From: Octopus sinensis
Lineage: Eukaryota
Assembly (NCBI RefSeq): GCF_006345805.1
Contig: NC_042997.1
Span: forward strand, 19,964,001-20,028,000
Direction: 5' to 3'
Length of the DNA: 64,000 nt
This document shows positions 25,871 to 39,240 of this stretch, one piece after another. The stretch's first letter is position 1. The number at the start of each line of letters is the position of its first letter. A model generated the notes under the pieces. The model was given only the letters and a program-made list of their open reading frames with translations, ran no database searches and had not been told where the DNA came from. The translations under genes were made by a program, and so were the position numbers.

Positions 25871-27391
25871 CACGAAGCTGGGCTGAAAAGTTCATAGACT
25901 GATTATGAATCAGTGAAGCTAGAGCTGTGAAATCTTGCATGCATTAATTTCAGCACTTCTTATTAATAACTACATTGTTTCTTCCTGGGAAAACTGACAT
26001 CTGACTGTTTAAAAACACTGTAAAAGTAACTAGCAGCAATTTCTCTTGAAAGTGGACAAAATCTGGCATTCTAGTGTTAACAAGTACCTGTAGAAAAAAG
26101 ATTTAGTCCCTGAGGACATTCAGGAGACGACGCCCCAGCTTTATCAATATTGCAGAAGTAGGCTGTTGAATTTATGTGGGGAATGTGAGTCTTGAACATA
26201 ACCCGACATCTGGACATCCTGCAATTGACACCACTGAGGAAATCATTGATCATGCTTATCACATGGTGATGTATGATAGGCATTTCACGATAAATAAATT
26301 ACCAATGCTATTAGCATATCCTGTGAGAGAGTTCAGAATATTCTGCACAATGAACTTGGCACGATGAAGGTTTCTGCTCAGTGGGTGCCATGTTTTCTGA
26401 TGCCTTATCAAAAGTGCACCAGGCTGATCACATCACAGGGAAGTCAGACACAGTTTGAGGCAGGTCCCTCTGATTTCGTTGAGCATTTCCTAACTCAGGA
26501 TGTGTGTTGGGTTCATCACCTTGAGCTAGTGACAAAGAGGCAATCGATGTTGTAGAAATACTTGTCCTCATCTGATTTGAAGAAGGCTAAGTTCATTTCA
26601 TGCACAGGGTAGAAGATGGTCTCAGATTTTGGGGATGCAAAAGGCATTGTGTCTATTGACTACCTTCAAAAAGGCCACATTATCAATGGAGATATTATGC
26701 CTCCTTGCTGGGGCATTTAAGAAAGGCTATTAAGATAAGATGCCCAGCAAAACTGATGAAAGGAGTCTTGTTTCTTCAGAACAATGCTCCATCACACAAG
26801 TCTTTAGTTTCAATGGCTGCTGTGTGTGACTGTGGCTTCACATTGTTTGATCACCCTCCCTTTTCTTCTGATTTGGCACCATCTGACTATAATCTGTTCT
26901 CAAACATGGGAAAAAGACGTGGCTTGTAATGATGATGAAGTCATATCTGCCCTTGATGACTTTTGAGCAACAGGATGAAAGCTTCTTCACCAACAGTATC
27001 CACACACTGAAACACTGATGGAAGACTGCAAGAGGACTATATTGAAAAATAAACCTCATTTAATCACCTTCCATGGAGGCACATGGCTTAGTGGCTAGGG
27101 TGTCTGCATCATGATTGTAAGATTGTGGTTTCGATTCCTGGAGCAGGTGACGCATTGCGTTCTTGAGCAAAACAATTCATTTCCCCTTTACTCCAGTTCA
27201 TTCAGCTGGCAAAAATGCGTAACGCTGTGATGGACTGGCGTCCCATCCAGCTGGGAACACATACACCATTGAAACCGGGAAACTGGGCCCATAAGTCTGG
27301 CTAGGCTTTAAAAAGGGCGCATTTATTTTATATTTAATCACATTCCATGAGAGTATCTTGAACAGCCTATGAAATTTTCCATCAACCCTCT
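25871..27391 (+). mobile_element. mariner (DD34D) transposon, inactive
   Basis: TA-flanked imperfect TIRs (gctgaaaagttcatag / ctatgaaattttcc); motifs WVP, TQDVCWVHH, QNNAPSH, HPPFSSDLAPSDYNLF; stops and frameshifts. Confidence 0.9.
27076..27333 (+). mobile_element. SINE group D inserted in the mariner
   Basis: 16-bp TSD ttaatcac(c/a)ttccatg at 27060-27075 and 27334-27349. Confidence 0.85.
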
Positions 27392-27446
27392 TAATTGTAA
27401 AAGCTTGAGGAAGATTTTCTCTCTTATACAAAATACTTCAAATCAT

Positions 27447-27770
27447 CTTCATCCTCATCATTTAATGTCTGTTGTCCATGCTGGTATAGATTGGATGGCT
27501 TGACCAGTGCTGGAAAGCTGAGAGGCTGCACAGACTCCAGTCTGATTTGGCATTGTTTCTACCACTGGATGCCCTTCCTAATGCTAACCACTTTGAGAGT
27601 GTAATGGGTGCTTTTACATGCCAGTTGAATGATACCAGTATCTACCATGACTACGATTTCACTTGGCTTGATGTGTCTTCTACTCAAGCACAACATATTG
27701 CCGAAGGTCACAGTCATTTGTCATTGTCACTGTGAGGCCCAATACTTGAAAGGTGCCTTTTACGTTCCAC
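27447..27770 (-). mobile_element. RTE LINE 3' end
   Basis: catcatttaatgtc...ctggatgcccttcctaatgctaacc. Confidence 0.75.
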
Positions 27771-28148
27771 TAGCACAGGTGCTAGTTATGCAATACCAGC
27801 ATTGGTTACATTGTCTCCTTGAGACCCAATGCTCAAAAGGTGCTAGTTACACAAGACCGGCACAGGTGCTAGTTACACAATAACGGCACAGGTGATCATT
27901 ACATGACACTGGTTAGGGTTAGGGTTAGGTGCTAGTTACACAATACTGGCACAGGTGCTAGTTACATGACACCAGTTAGGGTTAGGGTTAGGGTTAGGTG
28001 CTACCTACACAATACTGGCACAGGTGCTAGTTACATGACACCGGCACAGGTGCTAGTTACACAACACCAGCACAGGTGCTAGTTACACAACACTGGCATA
28101 GGTGCTAGTTACACAATACTGGCACAGGTGCTAGTTACAGGACACCAG
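27771..28148. repeat. 26-bp minisatellite with two interstitial (TTAGGG)n tracts
   Basis: Unit ggcacaggtgctagttacacaacact, about 12-13 copies; telomere-type tracts at 27911-27929 and 27975-27998. Confidence 0.9.
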
Positions 28149-28499
28149 TAAATCATAATACTTATGTACTTAAATCACTATAGCCACTGTGCTGAACATC
28201 ATACTCTTTAAGAGCAATTGCATACCAGTGAAGAAAATTCATGAACATACAGATATGTATCCTATTTTACAGGTTTCAACTAGGATACAGTCATATTATT
28301 TTATGTATTTTTTACGTATCAGAAAGATCCCTAATGAATAGCTAACATTGTATGGCAATATTGTTTTCTTTTTGTTACAGTGAGGAAAGGAACTTAAAGA
28401 TGAAATGTATGAAGGATTGCATGAATTCATTAATAAATAAAATTAAAAGAGCCCGAATTCAATCTTAGTTTATCTTTTATTATAAATAAAAACAAAACA

Positions 28500-29220
28500 A
28501 AGTAATTACTGATATGAGAGAAAGTGAGAGAGAAAGAGAGAGAGAGTGTGTGTGTATGTGTGTACTTGTGAGAGTGTGTGTGTTTGTGTGTGCACTGGTC
28601 ATGGGAGATGAAGAGAAGGTATACTGGTTGAGTGTGCATGAGAGAGTGTATTGGTTGTGTGCATAAGTGTGTTTCTGTGTGAAAGTTGGAGGGAGAGAAT
28701 GAGATGGTGGATAGGGAGAGAGAAAGCAGTAATGGTGTGTGTGAAGAAGAAAGGAAGGAAGGAAAGGAGAAAGGAAACAAAGAAGAAGGAAAGAAGAAAG
28801 GAAAGAAAGAAAGAAAGAAAAGAAAGAAAGAAGGAAAGAAAGAAGGAAGGAAGGAAGGAAAGAAAGAAAGCACTGGTTATGTGTTAATGTTAGTAAAATT
28901 ATCCTTGCTGAGTCTAAATGAAGACAATACACTTGTGGATAGAAGTTTCAGATATTTAATTGCCACAGAAAGTGTCTAAGGCATAGAGTGTGATGGTTAT
29001 GCGTGTGATAGTGAGAGGGAAAAAGAGAGAGAGAATTTATTGTATGTGTGAGAAAGAGAAATAGCACTGATTGTATATGTGTGTCAGAGAAAGAGAGAGA
29101 GGGAGAGAGAATACTGGTTATGTATGAATGTTTGGAAAATTAGCCAAACTGAGTTTGAATGAAGACAGAATACATTTGTTGATAAAGGAATTGGGTATTT
29201 AAATTGCCACGGAAAGTGAA
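28500..29220. repeat. Compound purine-rich microsatellite/minisatellite region with a diverged ~240-bp duplication
   Basis: (GA)n, (GT)n, (GAAA/GGAA)n; 28870-28978 resembles 29110-29218. Confidence 0.75.
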
Positions 29221-30629
29221 GAATACAAAGTCCAGCTTCTTGGAAATTGAACACAAAATGTTGAGATTCAAAACATAGTTCTTATACATTTAATGTGATA
29301 CTCTACTAATTATGTCATTCTACCGACTTCCAATTACACAATAATTAACAACAGATCCCATTGGATGATGATAGATTGCATAAAGATTAAAACTGGTGGT
29401 GAAATGATTCCAACTAAGTTATGTTTAATTAACATTTCACAACTTGTTCACATTACAAATGCCATGACAGGAAAGCGAGTAAAGTGTATATTGCCTGTGG
29501 GAGACTGTTATGCTATCTTATTATTAACAAATCAAAGGATAAAGTCTATCACACTCTCTATATTTATGTTTATACACGCATTACATTTTCCTGTTATTCA
29601 TAAGGATCTGGTTAAGAATTCTCAAGTCAATGCAAATCTTAAAATTATATTAGTGATTATTGAGATGAAGAAATAAATATATAAAATAAAATATATATAA
29701 AATATATATAAATAAATATATAAAAATAAACATTGTTACGCTAACTTTCACAGAAGAACGCTTATAATGTAAAAGATGACAGCATTGGAAAGTTTAAATA
29801 AATTCATTTAACAGAAGTCCCCTCAGTTTGAAATGTTCATTTAAAATAAAACACAATTTTGAATTTTCACTGCACTTAAGGTAATTTAAAGTTGGTTATT
29901 TTTACAATATTTTTGACTGAACCCTTTGAGTATCTAAAACAACTCTTCATAGTAAGTAATTATATTATCACTTCTAAAATAGTAGAGTCTCTATTTTGTG
30001 CTTTAAATCTCATTAGGATTTTAGAGTTGATTAAAAGAAAATTTTACAAGAGGAATTTAGCATTTTGTACAGATATTAACTATGACAAGTACACCATCAG
30101 AAAAATGTCATATTAATAAAGACAGCTAAGTAGAGAAAACACATGTTGGAAATATTTCCCCAAGGTCTTCAATCAGATATTGTTCAATACCAATTTTCTC
30201 TTCGAAAAAAGGTTAAAAAAATGTATAAAAAAACGTTTTTTCTTAAAAGAAAATTAAAATCAGCACTTCTTTCTCTTCATCAAATTATTTTCATAGCATG
30301 TTCAATTTGGTTATCTGCAACAACTAATGTCCATTTTTTTAATTGGATAATTAGCATAGATCTACTCTTTCAAAATTAAATTTGTCACAAAAATATGTAT
30401 CGATGCAAATGAATGACTTAGCATATATTTGCAAATCGAGAGAAGCAAAACTAGTCTTTGAAATAAATAACCTATCTCAAGACTGCACAATTAATCTGCA
30501 GTATTGATTTCTTCTATTTGTACAAGGCCTTAAATGTGGGGAGAAGGAAAAAGTCAATTATATGAGCCTCAGTATTTGACTGGTACTTTATTTTATCAAT
30601 GTAGGAAGGAGGAAAGGCAAAGTTGAATT

Positions 30630-30932
30630 TGTTGTTTGTTCCTTCTCGAGCCACGCCTGGCTCATAAGGGCCAGTTTCCCAGTTTCCTTGGTGTATAGGT
30701 TTCCCACCTGGACGGGATGCCAGTCCGTTGCAGGTGAGCTGCAAGATGCAGGAGAAAAGAGTGAGAGAAAGCTGTGGCGAAAGTCAGCAGAAGTTCGCCA
30801 TTACCTTCTGCCAGAGCCACGTGGAGCTTAGGTGTTTCGCTCATAAACACACACATCGCCCGGTCTAAGATTTGAACCTGCGATCTCTCGACCACGAGTT
30901 CGCTGCTCTAACCACTAGGCCATGTGCCTCCA
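30630..30932 (-). mobile_element. SINE group D variant
   Basis: Reverse complement of the ggaggcacatggcctagtggttagagcag head; gactggcatcccgtccagg motif near the 3' end. Confidence 0.8.
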
Positions 30933-31103
30933 CTAAACGCAATGTAAAGATATAAACTCAATGTAAAGAGCCAGATCAAATATTGCAAAGCATTTCCTCA
31001 AACATTATAAAAAATTTTCTAATCAAGCATCCTACAGTAATAATGCTATTAGATATACCATTATTTAGGTAGATTAAGTAGTGAGTTATGCTTTTTCCTA
31101 TTA

Positions 31104-31488
31104 TCTTTATATAGAAAAGTGAGGTTGTGTGCTGTCTGTCTCCTACGATTTAGATTCCTAACTACTCCCACATTTTGCGGTGCAGTTTAACCAAAACCGG
31201 GTATCTTATAGTCGGGATTCATATCGAGCTCTCCTGGGTACTGGTGCATGTCTACGATTTAAAAAAATTTACCATCAATTTTTCCCATTTTTAATGCATT
31301 TTTGGCATATATAAGAGAAGTAACTCTCTAAAAATTTATTATTAAATCTCAGAATGTAAAAAGCTACAGTAACACCCCCCCCCTTTTTGGTTAGCCATAT
31401 TGAGATGGCTATTATACTTTACATCTCTAAAAATGCTTATATAGTTATTTCCCTTACAAACCCGAGCAACGCCGGGCGATACTGCTAG
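31104..31488 (+). mobile_element. Non-autonomous Helitron
   Basis: A|TC 5' end, subterminal hairpin cccgagcaacgccggg (31461-31476), CTAG|T 3' end, no TSD. Confidence 0.85.
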
Positions 31489-31566
31489 TTATTTTATATT
31501 TCACTATGCAAAATATTTCCTCATTTAACAAAATAAATATTCTCCAAGCCATCATTTCTAAGTTTC

Positions 31567-31791
31567 TTATTTCGTTATTACCCACAAGGGGGTAAACATA
31601 GAGGGGACAAACAAGGACAGACAAAGGGATTAAGTCGATTACATCAACCCCAGTGCGTAACTGGTACTTAACTCCGAAAGGATGAAAGGCAAAGTCAACC
31701 TCGGTGGAATTTGAACTCAGAGCGCAAAGGCAGACGAAATGCCGCCAAGCATTTCACCTGGCGTGCAAACGTTTCTACTAGTTCGCCGACT
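31567..31791 (-). mobile_element. SINE group B
   Basis: Reverse complement of the family; 12-bp TSD tttctaagtttc. Confidence 0.9.
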
Positions 31792-32696
31792 TTTCTAAGT
31801 TTCATCCAGATTTCTCCTAGCTTATGGTTTCTTTCTTATCAATACATTGATTAGACACTAATCTTTAAAAATTCAAAGAGAAATTTAACTGCACCAATGT
31901 CAGTCAATTATAGCTTCTACTTCTGAAAAGTAACACACTTCAAACAAAAAATATTGTGTAAATATATTTTAAACATCTCGACAGCCATGAATTCAGCATA
32001 AATTTACACTGTGGCCAATAGAGTAGAAGTTGCACAACACAATTGCAGTAGTTGTAGTAGTAGTAGTAGTAGTAAATCTTAAAGCCATCATACTTCCCCT
32101 ACAAGTACATAAAGCATGAAAATCCCATCAAGGGAAAATCAGGTATACATATTCTTCACTATAATGTATAATCATTACAGCTAACAACAGCTGTAGCAAC
32201 AAAAATATACAAAACATTTTTCCTCTTTGAAATATTGTAACTAAAATATATGTTAGATTACTAAACCAATGTAGTGAATTAGCTGATTCATTAGAGCAGT
32301 GCACAAAACGCTTTGTGACATTTGTTCCAAATCTCAGAGTTCGAATTCAACTTGCCTTCCACTCTTTTTCTTTTTAAGATTGTTAAAATGTCAGTCCAGA
32401 GCAGTGGGTTGACAGAATTATTAGGGCATTGAACAAGAAGCCTTGCTCTATCTGTTTTAGCTCTTGCATTGTAAATTCTTGGATAGTTGACTTAATCCAT
32501 CATCTGGTTTAATGCAACTACATGCCCATTGGATGTCATTTGTGAATTCACTTAGCTGCAAGAATTCAGACCAGGTCTAAAGTTTAAGGGTAACTTCCAC
32601 CTTTCTTCTTCCCATTTTAGGACCCTTCCTTATACTAATCTTAGTGAAAAAATTAGGATCGTGGATGTTTCTTCTACTTTAACTGAGGTGGAAACA

Positions 32697-32850
32697 TCTT
32701 GCTTAGTGGTTAGAGTTTTGGACTCATGATCAAAAGATTGTGATTTCAATTCCTGGACTGGGTGAGGCCTTGTATTCTGGAGCAAAACACTTCTTTTCAC
32801 ATTGCTCCAATCCATTCAGCTGGTAAAAATGAGTAATCCTGCATCCTGTC
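32697..32850 (+). mobile_element. SINE group D 5' part
   Basis: gcttagtggttagag head; gagcaaaacact...ttcagctggtaaaaatgagta. Confidence 0.7.
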
Positions 32851-32860
32851 AAGGCGGAGA

Positions 32861-33320
32861 ATGGAGCTTTCTTTTCAGGTACATGATGCTGCTGTCCCCC
32901 ATCCCAGGGACTTACGGGCCCACACCTCCCATACCCTCAGGGTTGGTACACTTAATGTTAGCACACTGAAAAATAGGTCTGGTGAGATTGTTGAGATGCT
33001 TGATCAGAGATGTGTATATTTGTGCTGCATCAAAGAAGTAAGGTGGAGAGAAAGTTCTGCTAGGTTCCTCACAGGCAAAGAACATAGGTATAAGATTTTC
33101 TGGGCAAGGAACACTGATGGGGTTGATGTTGTGGGTATACTTCTTGCAGAGAAATGGGTTAGTAAGGTAATTGAGGTAGCCAGAGTCTGTGATAGAATAC
33201 TTGAGATTAGATTAGTGCTGCAACATGGTTTAGCAACCATTATCTTGGCCTATGCCCCTCAGCTGGGGCCACCTGATGAACAGAAAGACTGATTTTATGA
33301 CACCCTGTTGCAGACTACCT
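32861..33320 (+). pseudogene. RTE LINE apurinic-type (APE) endonuclease fragment
   Basis: LRVGTLNV, IKEVRW, GVDVVGILL, IILAYAPQ, EQKD*FYD motifs. Confidence 0.9.
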
Positions 33321-34893
33321 GGCAGAATCATTAGCATTTTGGACATAATGTTTAGTGGCAATATCTTCTGGATCTTTGTGTTCTGAGTTCAAATCCTGTC
33401 AACATCAACTTTTCTTTTCATTCTTTTGGGGTTGATAAAAGGAAGTACTTGTCAAGTACTAGGGTTGGTGTGGTTGACTTATCCCCTCTCTCAAAAAGCC
33501 CTGAACTTGAACCCTGTAACACACCAGCAACCTGTTCAGAAGGTATGTTGTAATCTCGACCACTTGTACCTCACAGAAACAGAGTAATTGGTCCCATGAG
33601 TCATAGGGTTTAAGAAAAATAAAAGAAAGAGAAAAGGTTAGGGTCCAATTACAATTGATTCAAATAAAGAGGAAAAAATTTATCAAGGAGAAATAATTCT
33701 TCACTGATAGAATGAATATACTGCCACAAAACAATAGTAATTTCTCTCAAATACTGTGGAATATGTTGAAATATTTCTATTCATATTGTGTATCTTGTCA
33801 GAAATGTTATGTATGACTTTTTACTTAAGCTTGTAAGAATTACAAGGAATAAAAATTGGAAGGTGTGACACCTGTAATTAATTGAAAACTATCAGCAGCA
33901 TAAAGCACAGCTATCTTGGAATCAAAACCAGTTCATGGATTTGGTAAGATGTTCTCTACTTTACACTCACACACACACACACACACATGTACACATACAC
34001 ACATACACATGTACATAAAAGACATACACACATACTCACACATGCACATAAAGACATACCCAAACTACTTGCAGCATATCAAGCCAAAAATAAAGCCTGT
34101 ACATGATTGCTAGACTTGCTAGAGATAGCAGTTAAATATCCTTTATATTACTCCCTGCAATCTTTAAAAGGAAGAGAAGCATTATGTGGTATAATCATAG
34201 ATAAACAAAACTTCAGAATGATTATAGCTGGAGGGGGCCTTGATTATAGATGTGCTCAGTTAGAGCTAATTTGGAACTAACAACAACATCAACAACAAGC
34301 AGTATATGGCTTTATTAAATCTCAGTAATCAAGTCTTGTCAAGAGAATTGAGTTAATTATGCAAAACACTCAATCAACAGATTTCAAGTAAGGAGAAAAA
34401 AGTAGAGCCATTTTTCATAGAGATAGGGCTTAAATATGGTTTCCAAGTTTCAAATAGATAGTGAGAAGTAGAGTGAGAGAAACGAGGAGAGAGAAGAATG
34501 GGAGAGAGAGAGAGAGATTGAGAGAGGAAGAGACAAAAAAGAGAAGAGAGAGAGAGAAAGGTGGGGAGCATAAAATGAATAAATTTGTAAGCATCAACAC
34601 TAATTCTGGGCACATTGCTTTATTGTCATTAGGCTTTGCAATCATTAGTTGCTTGAAGTTGTGTTGCATATGTATGATTAGGTAAAAAAATTTATCTCAA
34701 GTTTACTGAAACTTATTAAGTCTAGATTTAAAAGAAAATTAATTAATAAGCTTTAATATTTCTATATTAAAATCTACTATATCTTGCTCGTAAATATTTA
34801 ATCTAATTTTTCATGCTGGTTTGGATTAAATAGGTGCTTCTTAATTTGTATATAATAGTTTTGCTTTTAAATTCAAACTTTCTTGGTAAATGT

Positions 34894-35122
34894 TTAACCC
34901 TTTTGTTACCAACCTGGCCAAAACCAGCTGTGGCCCTGTAGTACAAATGTCTTGTTTTCATAAGTTTTGAATTAAAATTTTCCACTAAACCTTAGTCATA
35001 ATTTATGTTCCTAACACTAGCTGAATGATAACTAAGTTATTTTACTAAATCCTTTGTTATATTTAAAACAATTGAAAGAAACACAGAACATCTCAACAGA
35101 AATATGGTAGAAAAAGGATTAA
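34894..35122 (+). mobile_element. piggyBac-type MITE, family F (full length)
   Basis: TTAA-cccttttgtt ... aaaaagga-TTAA; 229 bp; three copies in the window. Confidence 0.85.
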
Positions 35123-35934
35123 CCCACAGTTCCCATGCCGATATTTGATTTGAAATAAAATGATTATTTTGTCTTTATATACAATTATTCCAAACACCGA
35201 GATAAAAACCTGAACATTATGAACGTTCATGTATATAGATATTTAATACACTTCTTATATCATACTTTTCATGCCTAGAGCAAAAAATGGTTAAATTTCT
35301 ATTAAAACATGTAGTATGACTCAGCGTCACTACAGCCAACTGCCTGAGAAGATTAATAGAGAGTATTGAAAAATAGAAAAGATATCTATCAAATAAATAG
35401 TGATATTAACTAACTATCCATAACTATTTTTAAATTTGCAGAAACATTCACTTTATATTTGATTGGATTTAAAAAGACTGGTATAAACTTTTAGTTAACT
35501 GTTTAATATGTATTTTTTCCAAATTCATTCAAACAGGCAGGTGTTGAATAAGCAATAATTCTGAATCTCTCAGTCATAGATGCGATGGTCTCTAAAAGCG
35601 TCTTCACAACTGACTGATTCTAGAAGTAAATTCTATATTTTAAAACATTTCTTGAAGTTGGAAGATATATGAAAATGACTCCCATTTTATAAAGTAGTAT
35701 AATTTGCTCTCTCTGTGTAACTACAAGAAATTTACTCGTTCAAACTGAAAGAGATCACAAAAATTACGTCCCTATAAAAAGTATTCCCTCATCCTTGCAT
35801 GACATGTAGACTGCTATATGCATTACTGTTAGTCATCTCATTTTGTGGGATGGTTGTCTTCCAGCACATATATCTAACAAATAACTCATTATGCAATGTC
35901 TTGATTTTACTTGTTCTTTCCTGATAACTTACAC

Positions 35935-36567
35935 CAGAGGTCTCCAATCATTTTTGCACTTTAGCCCGGTTTTGTGCAAAACTTATAATTTAATTTAATT
36001 ACATATATAATACATATATAATGGAAAACAAACAGCCTGTAGATTATGATTTTAAAATTTATTCTTTCTGGGTGTCATAGGCATAGGAGTGGCTGTGTGG
36101 TAAGTAGCTTGCTTATGAACCATATGGTTCCAGATTCATTCCCACTGTATGGCACCTTGGGCAAGTGTCTTCTACTATAGCCTCGGGCTGACCAAAGCCT
36201 TATGAATGGATTTGGTAAAGAGAAACTGAAAGAAGCCCGTCATATATATGTATATATCTATATATATATATATATATGTGTGTGTGTATGTGTGTGTGTA
36301 TATGTTTGTGTGTCTGAGTTTGTCCCTCCGAACATCGCTTGACAACCGATGCTGGTGTGTTTACGTCCCCGTAACTTAGCGGTTCAGCAAAAAAAGACCA
36401 ATAGAATAAGCACAAGGCTTACAAAGAATAAATCCTGGGGTCGATTTGCTCGACTAAAGGTGGTGCTCTAGCATGGTCGCAGTCAAATGACTGAAACAAG
36501 TAGAGTAAAAGTACCAAATTATCTATGAACCAGTAATGGTCTGTAGCTCAGCAGTTAGAAACCCCTG
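35935..36567. mobile_element. hAT MITE with nested SINE A
   Basis: TIRs cagaggtctccaa / ttagaaacccctg; 8-bp TSD acttacac / atttacac. Confidence 0.75.
36078..36510 (+). mobile_element. SINE group A, full length
   Basis: Close match to 5180-5612, including the internal (TA/TG)n. Confidence 0.85.
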
Positions 36568-37346
36568 ATTTACACAGAAGAATCAATGCTTTACTTACCT
36601 AGGCATTTCAGATCTTAACAAAAGTTTCAAAGTAAAAGTTATTTCAATTATTCTAATAACATAATGTTTTTCAAATGCCTCATACCAGTGATTAATATTG
36701 ATTAGCTTGTTGTTGTGTTGTCATAATCCATCAATTTACTTAACATATGTAAGCATATTTTGAATGAAATGGATCACAAATCATTTGCTGAATCAAATCA
36801 TCCTTAAAGTCTAGTTTCTATTCCAGTTGTAATTTGCTTCGCTAATTTACAAATGCTCAGAATATTATTTTTACCACAACTTCCAACACGTTAGGTAATA
36901 ATTTGCTCTCACTCATTGGTACAATTATGTTAAATGGTCATCAGATAGATGGTTCTTTACAATCTTTTCTTTGGTCTGGTTTATATTGCAATCATAAAGC
37001 CACAATTTCCAACACTCCTTCATTTAATTTTCCCAGTCTAAGAATGCTTACACAATGAAATGGCTATTTGTGAGATGATTGGTTTTATAGCTGAGTAAAT
37101 TGTCTGGTTACAAAGAACTCACAAGATCTCATGATCATTAAACAGCTAAGTTATTTTCATAAATAATTTTTACAAGATCCTTTCACAAAATTCAAAGTAG
37201 CAATATTACTACTAGCCATTACACAATTTATTTACTTGTAAGCATTATTGAAAACAAAAACTGACATTTGCAAGAATGCTAAGTGTTTTAGCAGTAGAAC
37301 TTATAAAAATATATTTCCTAATTTATGTGTGTATATTATCAATATG

Positions 37347-37660
37347 TGGAGGCGCAATGGCCCAGTGGTTAAGGCAGTGGACTCGCGGTCGTAGGATCGC
37401 GGTTTTGATTCCCAGACCAGGCATTGTGAGTGTTTATTGAGCGAAAATGCCTAAAAGCTCCACGAGGCTCCAGCAGGGGGGGGGTGATCCCTGCTGTACT
37501 CTTTCACCACTGTTTCTCCCACTCTTTCTTCTGTTGGCCTGCTCGCTTAGCCAGCGGGGTGGCGTCACTTGAAGGCTAAAACAATGCGAACACATTGTGA
37601 CCAGCGATGTGTAACAACATCTGATGGTCTGGTCAGTCACGTGATCACGTGATATTAACA
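37347..37660 (+). mobile_element. SINE group E
   Basis: ggaggcgcaatggcccagtggttaaggcag head shared with the copy at 51; different 3' part. Confidence 0.8.
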
Positions 37661-38019
37661 ATATAGGTAACTATGTAACAAATATATGATGCTATTTATT
37701 ACAGTTTGCCACTAAATGCATTTCCAATTCGAAAAAAAAATTGGTATTTGATATTGTCCCACACTCTGCCTCTAATATAGTCCATCCACCGTGTCTAATG
37801 CCAGGGCTGGCCTTAAGCTGATTGGACTGATTGCCCTCAATCGGGCCCCATGCCAATGGGGGCCCTGTACTCAAGAGGGCCACATTCAATACTGTGACAT
37901 CTCATAAAGGTAGTCTCCTTGAAGCCTTTTCAGAAAATTTACAAGGTCTTTCAAAAAAAGAAAATAACATATTTTATACACTTTAGCAACATGTGATATC
38001 AAAAGATAAACCCATTCAT

Positions 38020-38121
38020 CCAAAACTGCTTGTGTCAGTTAACACACCACCATCGGTTGACAAGCGGTGTTGGGGGGACAAACACAAACACATAAACACA
38101 CACATACATACATACATACAT

Positions 38122-38164
<43 letters not shown>

Positions 38165-38315
38165 TATATATGCCGGGCTTCTTCCAGTTTCTGTCTACCA
38201 TATCCACTTACAAGGCTTTGGTCAGCCTGAGGCTATAGTAGAAGACACTTGCCCAAGGTGCCATACAGTGGGAATGAACTCAGAACCATGTGTTTGGTAA
38301 CTAAGCTACTTACCA
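38020..38315 (-). mobile_element. SINE group A (partial)
   Basis: Reverse-complement core and internal microsatellite. Confidence 0.8.
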
Positions 38316-38647
38316 TGTTTCTTTTAGTAGAACAATATGCAGCAAATAAAAGTTTCTTTAGGATCATGTTAAATTTATTTCTGATTTTTACCAGAATATT
38401 TTTAAAACGTGTAGCTTAGATGTAGTTTAAATTTATAGTTTAACAACACCCAACTCGATTTCAGTGAGAAATAATGCTTTTTCCTCATTTTTCTGTTTTT
38501 AGTGCTGTCAGCTAGTTTCATCTCCTAATATACTGCAAATGACTTTTTCCACCGAAATCGGGGGTGGGGTGGGGGCTCAGAATCCTTTCCCTCACCTCAG
38601 AGTTATTTTTTTCCTCACTTTTTTCATGTGCTATCAACCAATCTTGG

Positions 38648-38696
38648 CTCCTAATATACTGCAAAGGACTTTTTCCCCTTTGCGGTATATTAGGAG
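38648..38696. repeat. 20-bp inverted repeat with 9-nt loop
   Basis: ctcctaatatactgcaaagg / cctttgcggtatattaggag, one mismatch (G-U in RNA). Confidence 0.9.
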
Positions 38697-38907
38697 ATCA
38701 GAATAGTGGCTGTATTTTATGCCTAATAACTGCTATTTGTTGCATACTAAACAACCAACCACATTGAGGACTTGTTACCATTGAGTTTATTTAAAAGAGA
38801 GAAAAATATGCTTTACACATCAAATTCTGATATAATCATATTCTACACCATCTGAGATGTTTATGTAGAAAGTTTTATTAACATATTATCCATGTATCAG
38901 AAAGTTA

Positions 38908-38966
<59 letters not shown>

Positions 38967-38971
38967 TATGC

Positions 38972-39008
<37 letters not shown>

Positions 39009-39049
39009 AATAAATATATACATAATATGTGTATGTATGTATATGCATA

Positions 39050-39240
39050 TCATCATCATCATCATTTAACGTCTGTTTTCCATTCTGGCATGGGTTGGAC
39101 GGTTTGACAGGGGACAATGCAGGGGCTACATCTGGCACTTGTCTGGTTTGGCATATTTTTTGTGGCTGGATGCCCTTCCTTGTGCCACCACTTTATATCG
39201 TGAACTGAGTGCTTTTATGTGGCACCGCACGGCAGCATAG
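39050..39240 (-). mobile_element. RTE LINE 3' end
   Basis: (CAT)n-ttaacgtctgttttccattctggcatgggttggacgg; further decayed copies at about 14760, 39520, 41590, 42190, 47400 and 54590. Confidence 0.75.

Noticed and set aside
27771-28148. CRISPR array or true telomere
   Set aside because: Head-to-tail units without unique spacers, in eukaryotic context with no cas genes; the TTAGGG tracts are only 3-4 units and internal.
13721-36613. Resemblance of spliced LKCLVNSLKQCFKKI...GDQIF to the S4-S5/S5 region of voltage-gated Na channels
   Set aside because: It depends on micro-exons I selected, the hydrophobic segment is about 5 residues too short, and there is no S4 or downstream pore similarity.
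37347-37420. tRNA gene calls for SINE heads
   Set aside because: Box A/B-like motifs are present, but there is no complete acceptor stem, and each head runs into a multi-copy SINE body.
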